From assembly GCF_963921235.1 (NCBI RefSeq), contig NC_086106.1, positions 24,428,001 through 24,492,000 of the forward strand: DNA of 64,000 nucleotides, in the 5' to 3' direction. Every line of letters starts with the position of its first letter. Position 1 is the stretch's first letter. This stretch comes from Mobula hypostoma (lineage: Eukaryota). The notes beneath the pieces are model-generated. The model was not told where the DNA came from. It ran no database searches and saw only the letters and a program-made list of their open reading frames with translations. The position numbers and the translations under genes are program-made. Below, piece by piece: positions 11,207-24,068 of the stretch.

Positions 11207-14200
11207 GGCATTTATTTGATTTGTTCGGTCTACGTTTTAAATGAGTTGTTTGTAACTATGATCTAGTTAAAGTTAAAGGTTGATAATTAAGTTACAGTTT
11301 CACAAAGGTAAATTCATTGTCTATGGTATATGGCGGCATGTGATGACGTCACCTCCGGTTTCACGCGTTTTGTGCGTATCCTCCGGTTCGGAGAAGGTGT
11401 AATGGTGGGTGCCATGCGTCCAGCATGATCGTGAAGAGTTCCGTGTCTACCCCCGAAAAAAAAAACTTTATAGAAGCAAGCCGTAAGTTCCATGAAAGTA
11501 TTTGAAGTAAAAATATTAACGCAGTTTCTGTTATGGGAGGCGCGGTTCGGGTGGCGCGCGTATCGGCTTTTCAATTTCAAACGCCGGGTGGACTCGGCCC
11601 GGCGCTGGTTTGACGGGACCACCTCGCCCGCTAATCGGGGCGGCTGGATTCACTCGCTAAAAGAAGAGAGCGCGGTTGGTCTCCGGAATGAAACAGACGC
11701 TGTATATATTTGCATTTTGTTATCAACAGTTTTAACCATACGATGCTAACGTGGAAGAGGGAACAGTAAATGGTTAACCTTACTACGACTCTGTCTTCAT
11801 TGGCAACGGTTTAACTTGGTGTTTAGTCAGAGTTTCAACACACTGCACGAGAACACTTCAGTGAAAATGTGGAATCATTCGGTGTTTCGACAAGTGGTAC
11901 GATGGCTTCGCGATCAAACGTCAAGTCGCTTGCACTCAGCGCCAGGAGCAGTAGGACGTTGACAAGTGTGGCTGCCCTCGCAAGAGCTAAAGCAGAAGCG
12001 GCCAAGGTGCGAGCGTCTTACGGAAACCAAGAAGCAAAACTGAAAAAGGAAAAAGCTGCCAGAGAAACGGAAAAACAGTTGGAAAAAGCATGGATAGATA
12101 CAGAGTTAGAAGTGCTGACGTTACAACGAGAAGCTGATGCGGCCGCGGTGGAAGCACAAGTGTTGGAAAACGCTGAAGAAATGCACGTTCTAGACAAAGC
12201 AGGAAAATCTATGTCGGAAATGGTCAGAATGGAACGCACCGGCGATTATGCCCAGTCTCAAACTGGCCTGCAGATTCATTCCCCCTCTTCATACTTGCCT
12301 GTTGGCATCCCGTCTCATGTGATATCACAGGGAAGCTTCGTTGCATCGCAACCACCTGGGGAAGACAATTCACAATTGCACCCTTGCCACAAACTCAAGT
12401 ATGAAAGGGCTGACTACGAATACTTCCCGGCACCAAACTTACCAGATCCGGCAAGATCAAGAACAAAGGCTGAAGTCAAAACGTTAAATCACATGATGAA
12501 CGTGCATGCTCAGTCATATATTCCGCAACATATTCGCTCAGCTAGCTCGCCACATGCAGCAGAACCCGTGGCACAGTATTTAAGGCGACGAGTCCTCGTC
12601 ATTTCAGAACTGCACCAGTCTGGCGATTAGCCTGAAAATTAACGTGCGTGGTACTCCTCATTCACCAGTTCCACCGGCGGAGTCCAGCTCACAGCAACCC
12701 AAGAGTTGGACCTTATGACTAAATAGCTGGGAAACGAACCAAATGAACAGGTGATACGCATACGCCCAGTGTACGTTAACAACCCCAAGCTAGCCTTACG
12801 CAAAGCATGGGAGAGACTTCGGGACTGCTATGCGGCCCCTGAAATTATTGAGAGGGCGCTATTTAAACAGTGGGACAAATTTTACTTGGGTGTCAGTTAA
12901 GGACCATACTAAATTACGAGAACTCGGAGATTTACTCATGGAGATTCAAGATGCTAAAGAAGACGACTATTTAACTGGCCTGTCGGCTCTGGATACATCA
13001 CGCGGAGTTGAACCAATTGTGGAAAAGCTTCCATTTGGGCTGCAGGAAAGATGGGTGTCTGTTGGCTCAGAGTACAAGGAAGAGAACGGTGGTCGATTCC
13101 CTTCCTTTGAGTATTTTAGTAGGTTTGTGTGCAAAGAGGCAAAGAGGTGAAAGGACACTAGCTTCATGAATCAAGGCAGCACCACAACACACACCGACCC
13201 AGTAAAACCCATTTCGAACATTTTTGTCACCAATAAATCCGTCTCAGTGCATCAACCGAGGTCTCCGAAATCAACGATGACCCTAGCAAGAATTGCCCAT
13301 TGCACACCAAACCCCACCCCTCAAAAATGCAGAATGTTTCGAAACAAACCCTTTGATGAAATAAAGCCCTTCTCAGGGAAAAATAATCTGCTGTAAGTGC
13401 TGTTCCTCTACCTCCCACCTCGCTAAAGAGAGTACCTTCCCCGTAAAGTGCTTTCAATGTAACAGCGCTAATCACGATGCATCCCGGCCCGTCACGGTGA
13501 GGGAGAACATCAGTCTAATAGAACTATTGTCAGCTCGAGCTGCATAGAAGTTTGCAGTCCAGGTCAGTCGAGCCGTTCGTGCTTAACGACTTGCCTCATT
13601 AAGGTATACCCGAAGGGAGCCAAAGACAAGGCCTTTAAGGCCTCTGTAATTCTGGACGGCCAGAGCAACCGCTCACTAGCGAGACCAGAGTTTTTTGGAG
13701 TTGTTCAGCGTAAAGGGTAATCCATTCCCATACTACCTCAGAACTTGCTCTGGCATCGAAGAAACATATGGCAGGAAGGCATAAGGCTACCAGCTTGAAT
13801 CGCTGGATGGGAAAGTCGTCATCAGTCTCCCTCCACTCTTAGAGTGCAATGACATCTTAAATAACCGATCCGGGGTTTCGACGCCAAGCGTAGTACTACA
13901 CCAGCCCCATCTCCACGACATTGCCAAGCACATCCCAGAACTGGATCCGTAAGCAGAAATACTCCTGCTACTCGAAGAGACATTCTTAGCGCGTACAAGG
14001 TCAGGTAGCAGGTCAATGGACCACAGAACGCCCCCTTGGCCCAACGCCTGTATCTGGGCTGGATAGTGATAGGAGAAGTGTGCCCTGGTAACGTACTCAA
14101 ACCGACAGTTGACATGCTCAAGACTAACTTGCTGGAGAGTGGCCGCCATTCAATTTCTCAGCCTTCCACAGGTGTTACGTGTTCAAGGAAGCACAACAAA

Positions 14201-15224
14201 GACAGAAACATAGTAAAGTAACTGAGAAGACAATGGGACAGTCAGTAATCGCTCAATCTAAGCACAATAATAAACTTGCTCCATCTGTGGAAAACGCCAA
14301 CTCCTTAAAAATAATGAACACAAAGGTCTTTAGAGACGAAACGAACAAATGGGTCGCCCCACTACCATTCAGAGTAACTCGCCAGCGCTTGCCAAACAAC
14401 ACAGAGCAGGAAGTCAACCGGTTCACATCTTTACAACGAACCCTGAATAGGAAACCTGAAACCAGTTACAGAAGTCGTTCTACTTCTACCTAAAGACTGA
14501 TCTAGAGACTGAACTTCAAAACCATTTTTATACTGAGCTGGCAAAGGTCAGGCGGGGTGTGTGTTTCACTTATGGCATTTATTTGACTTTGTTTGGTCTA
14601 AGTTTTAAATGATCTGCTTGCAACTATTTTCTAGTTAAAGTGAAAGGTTGATCATTAAGTTACAGTTTAAAAAAGGTAAATTCATTGTCTATGGTATAGT
14701 GAGGCATGTGATGACGTCATCTCCGGTTTCGCGGCGCCTTGTGCGTAACCTCCGGTTCGGAGAACGTGTAAACGTGGGTGCCATGCGTGCAGAATGACCG
14801 TGAAGAGCTCCATGTCTACCCATAAAAAAAATATTGTAAAGCAACTCCGTAAGTTCCTAATAAAGTATTTAAAATAAAAAAATATTAATGCGGTTTCTGT
14901 TAGGGGAGCGGCGGTTCGGCTGGCGCGCGTGTCGGCTTTTCAACTTCAAACGCGGGGTGGGCTCAGGCCCGGCGGCAGTTAGACGGAACCCCCTCGCCCC
15001 CTACTCGGGGCGGCGGGAGACACTCGCTAAAAGAAGATAGCGCGGGTGGTCTCCAGAATGAAACAGACGCTGTGTATGTTTCTATTTTTTTATCAACATT
15101 TTAAACATACGATGTTATTGGGGAGGAGTGAACAGTAAATGGTAAACCTTACTATGACTCTGTCTCCATTTGCTCCGCTTTAACTTGGCGTTTAGTCAGA
15201 ATTTCAACACACTGCACGAAAACA
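11207..15224 (+). mobile_element. BEL/Pao LTR retrotransposon, internally deleted
   Basis: ~540-bp direct repeats TGT...ACA at 11318-11855 and 14686-15224. Gag-like AALARAKAEAAK, KLRELGDLLMEI and VEKLPFGLQERW; protease region; pol truncated at LQRTLNRKPE and joined to the C-terminal KPVTEVVLLLPKD*. Confidence 0.85.
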
Positions 15225-15377
15225 CTATAAGCCCGTATTACACATAGGTATTTGCCTCTGCAGGTAGGTTTGCTAGCATGGTTCGGGAGGGTTTAAACTA
15301 ATTTCCGAGGAGGATGGAACCCAGAGCGATAGAGCAGTGAAATAAGTGCATGGAGTAAAGCCAGATCTAACAGACAG

Positions 15378-15597
15378 AAACAACAGGAATTCTGCAGATG
15401 CTGGAAATTCAAGCAACATACATCAAAGTTGCTGGTGAACGCAGCAGGCCAAGCAGCATCTGTTGGAAGAGGTGCAGTCGACGTTTCAGGCCGAGACCCT
15501 TCGTCAGGACTAACGAAGGGTCTCGGCCTGAAATGTCGACTGCACCTCTTCCTACAGATGCTGCTTGGCCTGCTGCGTTCACCAGCAACTTTGATGT
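15378..15597. mobile_element. Penelope-like terminal-repeat fragment as inverted repeat, inserted in the CR1
   Basis: Arms ~15418-15503 and ~15514-15599 are near-perfect reverse complements. 13-bp TSD ATCTAACAGACAG at 15365-15377 and 15598-15610. Same sequence occurs within the Penelope RT/GIY-YIG element at 49727-52398. Confidence 0.85.
15476..15511 (-). ncRNA. Minimal type I hammerhead ribozyme motif
   Basis: Minus strand AGTC-CTGACGA-AGG gtctcgg CCT-GAAA-C-GTC-GACT: intact CUGANGA/GAAA core, stem I AGTC/GACT, stem II AGG/CCT, loopless palindromic stem III (ACGT), GUC cleavage triplet. Confidence 0.75.
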
Positions 15598-18500
15598 ATC
15601 TAACAGACAGTGAGGCTTTGAGGAAAGAGCAGTAGAATAAACGGTGTAAAGGCAGTAAGGTGGAAGGGCTGAAATGTGTGTACCTCAATGCAAGAAGCAT
15701 CAGGAACAAAGGTGATGAACTGAGAGCTTGGATACATACATGGAATTATGATGTACTGGCCATTACAGAGACTTGGCTGGCACCAGGGCAGTCATGGATT
15801 CTCAATATTCCTGGATTTCAGTGCTTTAAAAGGGATAGAGAGGGCGGAAAAGGGGAAGGAGGGGTGGCAATACTGGTCTGTGATACTATTACATCTACAG
15901 AAAGGGTGGGTAATGTAGCAGGATCCTCTTTTGAGCCAATATGGGTGGACGTCAGGAACAGGAAGGGAGCAGTTACTCTGCTGGGTGTATTCTATCGGCC
16001 CCCTGGTAGCAGCAGAGATACAAAGGAGCAGATTGCGAGGCAGATTTTGGAAAGGTGCAAAAATAACAGGGTTCTTATCATGGGTGACTTTAACTTCCCT
16101 AATATTGATTGGCACCTGATTAGTTCGAAGGATTTAGATGGGGCAGCAATTGTTAAGTGTGTCCGGGATGGATTCCTGTCACAGTATGTGGACAGGCCGA
16201 CCAGGGGGAATGCCGTACCAGATCTAGTACTAGGTAATGAACCTGGTCAGGTCACAGATCTCTCAATGGATGAGCATCTGGGGGACAGTGACCACCGCTC
16301 CCTGGCCTTTATAACTATCATGGAAAAGGATAGAATCAAAGAGGACAGGAAAACTTTTAATTGGGGAAAGGCAAACTATGAGGCTATAAGGCTAGAACTT
16401 GCGGGTGTGAATTGAGATGATGTTTTTGCAGGGAAATGTACTATGGACATGCGGTCGATGTTTAGAGATCTCCTGCGGGATGTAAGGTATAAATTTGTCC
16501 CGGTGAGGAAGATAAAGAATGGTAGGGTGAAAGAACCATGGGTGACAAGTGAGGTGGAAAATCTAGTCAGGAGGAAGAAGGCAGCATACATGAGGTTGAG
16601 GAAGCAAGGATCAGATGGGTCTATTGAGGAATATAGGGAAGCAAGAAAGGAGCTTAAGAAGGGGTTGAGAAGAGCAAGAAGGGAGCATGAGAAGGCCTTG
16701 GCGAGTAGGGTAAAGGAAAACCCCAAGGCATTCCACAATTATGTGAAGAAAAAAAGGATGGCAAGAGTGACGGTAGGACCGATTAGAGATAAAGGTGGGA
16801 AGATGTGCCTGGAGGCTGTGGAAGTGAGCAAGTTCCTCAATGAATACTTCTCTTCGGTATTCACCAATGAGAGGGAACTTGATGATGGTGAGTACTATAT
16901 GAGTGCGATTGATGTTCTGGAGCATGTTGATATTAAGGGAGAGGAGGTGTTGGAGTTGTTAAAATACATTAGTACAGATAAGTTCGCGGGGCCTGACGGA
17001 ATATTCCCCAGGCTGCTCCACGAGGCGAGAGAAGAGATTGCTGCGCCTCTGGCTAGGATCTTTATGTCCTCGTTATCCACGGGAATGGTACCGGTGGATT
17101 GGAGGGAGGCGAATGTTGTTGCCTTGTTCAAAAAAGGTAGTAGGGATAGTCCGGGTAATTATAGACCAGTGAGCCTTACGTCTGTGGTGGGAAAGCTGTT
17201 GGAAAAAAAATCTTAGAGATTGGATTTACAGGCATTTAGAGAATCGTGGTCTGATCAGGGACAGTCAGCATGGCTTTGTGAAGGGCAGATCGTGTCTAAC
17301 AAGCCTGATAAAGTTCTTTGAGGAGGTGACCAGGCATATAGATGAGGGTAGTGCAGTGGATGTGATCTATAAGGATTTTAGTAAGGTATTTGACAAGGTT
17401 CCACACAGTAGACTTATTCAGAAAGTTAGAAGGCATGGGATCCAGGGAAGTTTGGCCAGGTGGATTGAGAATTAGCTTGCCTGCAGAAGGCAGAGGGTGG
17501 TGGTGGAGGGAGTACATTCAGATTGGAGGATTGTGACTAGTGGTGTCCCACAAAGATCTGTTCTGGGACCTCTACTTTTCGTGGTTTTTATTAACGACCT
17601 GAATGTGGGGGTAGAAGGGTGGGTTGGCAAGTTTGAAGACGACACACATGTTGGTGGTGTTGTAGATAGTGTAGAGGATTGTCAAATATTGCAGAGAGAC
17701 ATTGATAGGATGCAGAAGTGGGCTGAGAAGTGTCAGATGGAGTTCAACCCGGAGAAGTGTGAGGTGGTACACTTTGGAAGGACAAACTCCAAGGCAGAGT
17801 ACAAAGTAAATGGCAAGATACTTGGTAGTGTGGAGGAGCAGGGGGATCTCCGGGTACATGTCCACAGATCCCTGAAAGTTGCCTAACTGGTGGATAGGGT
17901 AGTTAAGAAAGCTTATGGGGTGTTAGCTTTCATAAGTCGAGGGATAGAGTTTAAGAGTCGCGATGTAATTATGCAGCTCTGTAAAACTCTGGTTACGCCA
18001 CACTTGGAGTATTGTGTCCAGTTCTGGTCACCTCACTATAGGAAGGATGTGGAAGCATTGGAAAGGGTACAGAGGAAATTTACTAGGATGCTGCCTGCTT
18101 TAGAAAGTATGCATTATGATCAGAGATTAAGGGAGCTAGGGCTTTATTCTTTAGAGAGAAGGAGGATGAGAGGAGACATGATAGAGGTGTACAAGATAAT
18201 AAGAGTAATAGATAGAGTGGATAGCCAGCGCCTCTTCCCCAGGGCACCATTGCTCAATACAAGAGGACATGGCTTTAAGGTAAGGGGTGGGAAGTTCAAG
18301 GGGAATATTAGAGGAAGGTTTTTTACTTAGAGAGTGGTTGGTGCGTGGAATGCACTGCCTGAGTCAATGGTGGAGGCAGATACACTAGTGAAGTTTAAGA
18401 GACTACTAGAAAGGTATATGGAGGAATCTAAGGTGCGGGCTTATATGGGAGGCAGGGTTTGAGGGTCGTCACAACATTGTGGGCCGATGGGCCTGTACTG

Positions 18501-19425
18501 TGCTGTACTATTCTATGTTCTATGTTCTATGATATTCATCAGCAGTGTCAATATGTTTGCCAAATTTAAAAGCAATCTGTCTGATATGCAATCCACCTTG
18601 CTTTTCAGCAAATCGGGGAAGAATACAGGCCAGTTTGCTTGTCAAAGTATCTGATGTGGAACTAGTTAAGACCTTGTGTTCCTCATTTGTGTAAAACCAG
18701 CAATTTGTTGTGAACGCAGCCGTCGGGGAAGCACACCATCCTCTTTTCTTCTCCATAAGAGTTGAGAAGTTAGATTTTTCTCCATAGATGCTAGTTACTC
18801 TTTCTGACACAACGTATCCTATACAAGTGTATCGCAACTTGGTTTTGGAATTTTACTGCCCTTGATCACCAGAAATTGCAGAAAATTATGCATGGAATAC
18901 TACGTTAGAATGACATGCAAACAGTTATTAAAACCTACCAATAATTACGATCTGCGTCTCTGAGGTCATTGAAACAAAACTCTATATTAATATTTGTGTC
19001 AAGGAGTAGATGTGTTCGGAACAATGCACACTTCTGCTATACAGGCATGTATTCATCATGTGTTGCATCGAACGAAAAAAAAACGTGCAATTGGCCAACG
19101 TGCAAAATAAAAAAAAAAAAGCAAAGTTGAGGTTCGATATTGTGCGGGCAAAATTGGAGTCAGAAAGAAAGATGCAAGCATTAATCATATTTCAACAGGC
19201 AGACTATGTTCTTTGCTCTGGTGATTTCATCTGCATAGTGTTGAGCTTCACCCATTATGGACCAGGAATGATTTCTTCCCTACCAAGTCTCAAGACGCGG
19301 ACGTGTTGTCTCTGAACGTGGATTCTTAATCTGGGGTCCACGTATCCCTCCGTTTATGTTAGTGGCATTAAAACGCTTGGGACCGCCAGCCCTAGAAGTA
19401 CATAAACAATGTCATTTCTGTGGAA

Positions 19426-19555
19426 ACAACAGGAATTCTGCAGATGCTGGAAATTCAAGCAACACACATCAAAGTTGCTGGTTGAACGCAGCAGGCCAAG
19501 CAGCATCTATAGGAAGAGGCGCAGTCGACGTTCAGGCCGAGATCCTTCGTCAGGA
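19426..19555 (-). mobile_element. Penelope-like terminal-repeat fragment
   Basis: Same repeat as 15378; 13-bp TSD CATTTCTGTGGAA at 19413-19425 and 19556-19568. Confidence 0.85.
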
Positions 19556-19737
19556 CATTTCTGTGGAAGTAGGCGTAGCACGAGGTGAGAGGATGTGCTC
19601 GCATTGGCCCGATTATCATTTCCTGTCCGTTGTATCAAAACACCATGCCCGATAAACAGTACAATGAGAAAACTCTGAAATCTGGCGACAGCTTTTTGGC
19701 AGGGGAGAAGTCAACTAATCCGTCTTTTATAGCCAAA

Positions 19738-20178
19738 ATGCGCATGTTCATCATCTTGATTACGTGCAGTACATGGTTAAATGGTAAATGTGCTGCGGAT
19801 TATTCATCAGCTTTCTCAGCGTGACTTCTAAAAGTCGGTAATTTAATGGTTTAACTGACGTTATTTTTCAGGTCCTTGTCATGGAGATTTTGTCAATCAA
19901 ACGATGTCCCCAACAGTGAAGACAGAAGAAGAGGTTGTAACATTTACTTGCACCTATGATACTACTTGGTCCTACTATCACTTATATTGGTTCAGGGTAA
20001 GCTCAAATCAAAGACTCGTATACATACTGAGAAAATATTCAGAAGGATCCGAAGATAAAGCCAATTTTGCCCAGACTCGCTTTAAGGTAATTCTTCAAAC
20101 AGAAAGAAAATTCACAATTTTGACCATATCATCACTGCAACCCAGCGACTCTGCCGTTTATTACTGCGCCCTATAACG
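19738..20178 (+). CDS. TCR delta/alpha V segment (TRDV/TRAV14-like), inverted relative to neighbours; potentially functional
   Basis: Leader exon 19738-19783 MRMFIILITCSTWLN-G with GT donor; intron to CAG at 19871. V exon 19872-20178 GPCHGDFVNQT...VTFTCTYDTTWSYYHLYWFRV...ANFAQTRF...LTISSLQPSDSAVYYCAL followed by TAA CG. Confidence 0.93.
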
Positions 20179-20217
20179 CACAGTGATGTATTCCAGTTAA
20201 GTCTTCATACAAAAAAT
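20179..20217 (+). other. 23-RSS
   Basis: CACAGTG + 23 nt + ACAAAAAAT. Confidence 0.95.
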
Positions 20218-21964
20218 AACATTGTGTATAACCTTTTTTTTTTCTTCCCCCCGTCTTTGCTCGATATATCTGCAGCCTCTGTCTTTAATGTGGTTTCCCG
20301 CCCTCACGAGAATCTGCTCCACGTCACTCAGTTTCTTTCCGCTTCGTTTGCCAAGTTTCCTCTGTGGTGTAACGGCACCTCAGTTTACAAAGTTGCACTG
20401 AGTACGTTGGCCTTTCACAGTGTGTGACGAATATAGGCAATGGCATTTTAAACCGACAGCATTCGGTTGTGTGTGTGTGTGTGTGTGTGTGTTTGTTTGG
20501 CTGATGAATGACTTCTTTGTGGAGCATCGGCTGTTCGTTGGGAGCAGAGATTCGTGCTAGCTCCGGCTGTTGTGGTCTATCCCCCTAAATGTTCTGCCCT
20601 GGTGTGGGTAGTATTTTCACACTCACTAATGTGCATGGGACAAACAATCCATCAACAGGGAAGTTGGGATCCGCCCTGATGGCAATGGCCGGTCTCCGGC
20701 ATCATTCAATATATATCTCAAAGAAGAGTATATCTGCCGACACTGGAAATCCAAGCTGCCCAAATAAAATGTTTGCGGGTCTCAGCAGGTAAGGCAGTTT
20801 CTATCAGAAAGTGTAAACAATCGACATTCCGGGATGAGAACCGTCATCGGGACTGAAGAATACGAAGGGTGACTCGGCCCAGTGTGTCGAATGCTGACTG
20901 TTTCCCATAGATGCTTCTTTCCCTGCGGAGTTCCCCCAGCATTCTGTGTGCTGCTTTCATAAAATATGTATTTTATGGCATTTATGTGTAAGCTAGTGAT
21001 GGTGATGTTTCGAAAGTTTTGACTACTCGGTGTAAAGCATTTCTGGTCCCGGTAGTGCTCTTTCTGTACCATGCAGTGGCGCAGAATATTACTGTGATCT
21101 CTACTGTGCATCTCTACATCTCCGTGAATATTGATATACACAATCCACTCTGTGAAGCATTTTTAGAAAATGGATTTGTTGCTATCCTTTCCGTTTTGTT
21201 TACGTTGTGTTCTGGGACAACAGCAGTTTGTGCGAGATGAGCACACCCAGGCATTTGAAATCGTTCGCTGTTTACACTGCTGCGCGGCTATATGAAGTAG
21301 TAATGCTGCGAGCAGTGCGCTTTGTCCTGAAGTCAGTAGCCATTACCATTGCTCAGTTGACCTTGAGGAAGTTGTTATTTTCCTGGCATCATCACTGAAG
21401 CTCGTCCACCACGTCTCTGTAGGCCGTTTCAAGGTTGTTGACTATGAGTCCACCATTGCTGTTTCATCAGCAAATTTGACAACGTGATTACGAGAGACTA
21501 GAGCGATGCAGTAACGTGTGAATTGATTGTACAATAGGCTCAGTACACAAATCTTCGGGAACCCTTAAGGCCATAACTCCATAAGACTTACGATAGGTAT
21601 TACACCTTTTAGCCCATTGAATCTGCTCCGCCATTGCGTTATAGTTTATCCCGAAACCGAAACAACTCCATACAGCTGGTCTCTCCTTTGATGCCCAGAC
21701 CGGTGAGAAAGCGATCAAAGTTCGCCTTAGATATACCCACAGGCTTCGCATCCAACGAAATCTGTGGCAGAGACTTCTGTTCACGACTCTCTGGCTATAA
21801 AAGAAAGAATACTCCTTACCTCTGTTCTAAATGGTCGCACCTCAAATTATAGTTTGCTCCATCTAGTTCCTAATCCCCCACAGCAGGAAGCAAGCTCCCC
21901 ATATCTACGCTATCTAGTCCTTTCAAAATTCGATAGATCGCCACGTATTCTTTCAAATTCCAGT

Positions 21965-23960
21965 GAGCCTCTATAGAAACATAGACAACCTACAGTACAA
22001 TACAGACCCTTCGGCCTACAATGCTGTTCCAAACGTGTCCCTAACTTCGATCTACCTGGGCTTAACTCGTTGTCCTCTATTTTTTACTAAGCATGTAGCC
22101 ATTCAAGTGTCTCTTAAAGACCCTGTCGTTTCCGCCTCCACCACCGCTACCGGCAGCCCATTGCACGCACTCACCACTTTCTGCGTAATAGCTTACGGTG
22201 ACATCTCCTCTGTACCTATTTACAAGCACCTTAAAATTATGCCCTTCGTACTAGCCATTTCAGTCCTGGGTTAAAGCCTCTGACTATCCACATAATCAAT
22301 GCCTCTCATTATCTTCTGCAACTCTTTCGGGCCACCTCTCATCCTCCGTCGTTCTAAGGAGGAAGGACCGAGTTCACTCAACCTATTCTCGTAAGGCATG
22401 CTCCCCAATCCAGGCAATATCCTTGTAGACCTCCTCTGTACCATGTGTATGGCTGCCCCCTCCTTCCTGTAGTGAGTCCACTGGACACTGCAAGGACAAA
22501 GCATCCTTTCTGAGATATGGGGCCGGAAACTGCTGACTATGCTCCGTGCGGCCTGACTCGTGTTTTATCAAGGCTGTACGTTATCCCCTCGGTTTTAGAT
22601 TTTATCCCCCTTGAATCAAATGCAAACATTGATTTTACCTTCTTCACAGATACCCAACCTGCTTTGCACGTGGACTCCTTAGTCCCTCTGCAACTGTGAA
22701 ATTTGAAACTTCTATCACTTTAAATCATAGTCCATGGTACCGTTCATTTTACCAATTTACAACTATATTCCGAATCTGTATTCCATCTGCCATGTTGTCC
22801 ATTGTTCGGATTTATTTAAGTCCTGCAGCAATTGCATTGCATATTCAGGGCTACCGACTTCTAACCACAAACTTTTTATCGTCTGCTAATTTTGCCACAA
22901 AGCCAGCAATTCTATTACCCAAATCACCAATAACCAATATGTAAAGCTGCGGATCCAATTCTGGGCCCTGAGGAACAATAGCTGTCACTCTCACCCAACC
23001 AGAAACGTTCCCCTTTATTCCAACTCGGTGCCTCACAATTGTTAGCGAACCTTTATCACTACCAGTATGTGTCATGTAACGCCATAGGATTATATCTTGT
23101 TAAGCAACCTGACATGTGGCAGCTTCTGGAATGCCTTCTGAAAATCCAAGTAAATAACCTCTCTTTGCACACGCTGTTTATTACTTGCTCGAAGAACTGT
23201 TACACATTGTTCAGGCAAGATTGTACTTAAGAGAGACCATGCATATGTTGAACTATTTCATCATTAGCCTCCAGGTATCGCGAAACATCTTGTTTTTCCC
23301 AACCCCCAAGGTTATGTTTTGCTATGATGTCCTTAATGTTACCTTCCTCCCGTCATAAAGAGTGGTGTGACATTTGCAATCATCTAGTGCGCAAAGACCA
23401 TGCCAGAATCAATTGATACTTGAAAGATCACGACTAATGTATCTGTTAACACTTCCGGAATCTCTCAATAGATTTTGGGATGTAGTCTATCCTTTCTACA
23501 TAACTTATCCACCTTAACGCCTTTGAGTTTGTCTTGCACCTTTCTGGTTTGCAACATCAATGGCTCTCACTCCTTCTCCCTGACAGTCCAGTATCTCTGG
23601 CACATTACTTCTGTATTCTGCAGTGAAGACAGAATCAAAGTGCTCATTAATTTCATCTACCATTTTTATACCCCTTCACTTCCAGCATCGTTTCTAGTGC
23701 TCCAATATCAACTCTCACCTCCCTTTCCGTCTTTATATATATTTTTTTAAGTTATCGTGCTTTATACTATTGGCTAGTTTGCCCAAAATTTACATATTTT
23801 CCCTGCTAATACCTTCTTTAGTTGCCTTTCTTTGTATTTTAAAAGTCTCTCAGTCATTTAAATTCAAGTCTGCTAATTTCTTTCTATGCGCTATACTCAA
23901 CTTTCACGCAGTCCTTAACTTCCCTCGTCATCCACGTTTGCCTGCCGCTAACATTTGAGA
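21965..23960 (-). mobile_element. Degenerate CR1 LINE
   Basis: Minus ERRRMRG, LADDKK and PQGPEL motifs; tail-like ATAGAAACATAG near 21972. Confidence 0.75.
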
Positions 23961-24068
23961 ATTTCGGTGTCTGTGCGATATATCTATCCTGCGCTTTGTG
24001 ACTATTCCCACAAAACTGTTGAGTGTGAAATGCGTGTGTGGGGGTAGGGGTGCGGGTGGATTTGGGGG

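Larger units (their letters stand above)
15230..18532 (+). mobile_element. CR1 LINE with near-complete ORF2 (APE endonuclease + RT), several stops
   Basis: YLNARSIRNK, AITETWL, MGDFNFP, SDH (EN); YRPVSLTSVVGKLLE, FDKVPH, KFEDDT (RT); 3' tail (TTCTATG)n at ~18511-18532. Confidence 0.95.

Noticed and set aside
18520-18837. ORF with CWFY and RF...LHI words, vaguely Ig-like
   Set aside because: Spacing does not fit a V domain; no splice sites or RSS.
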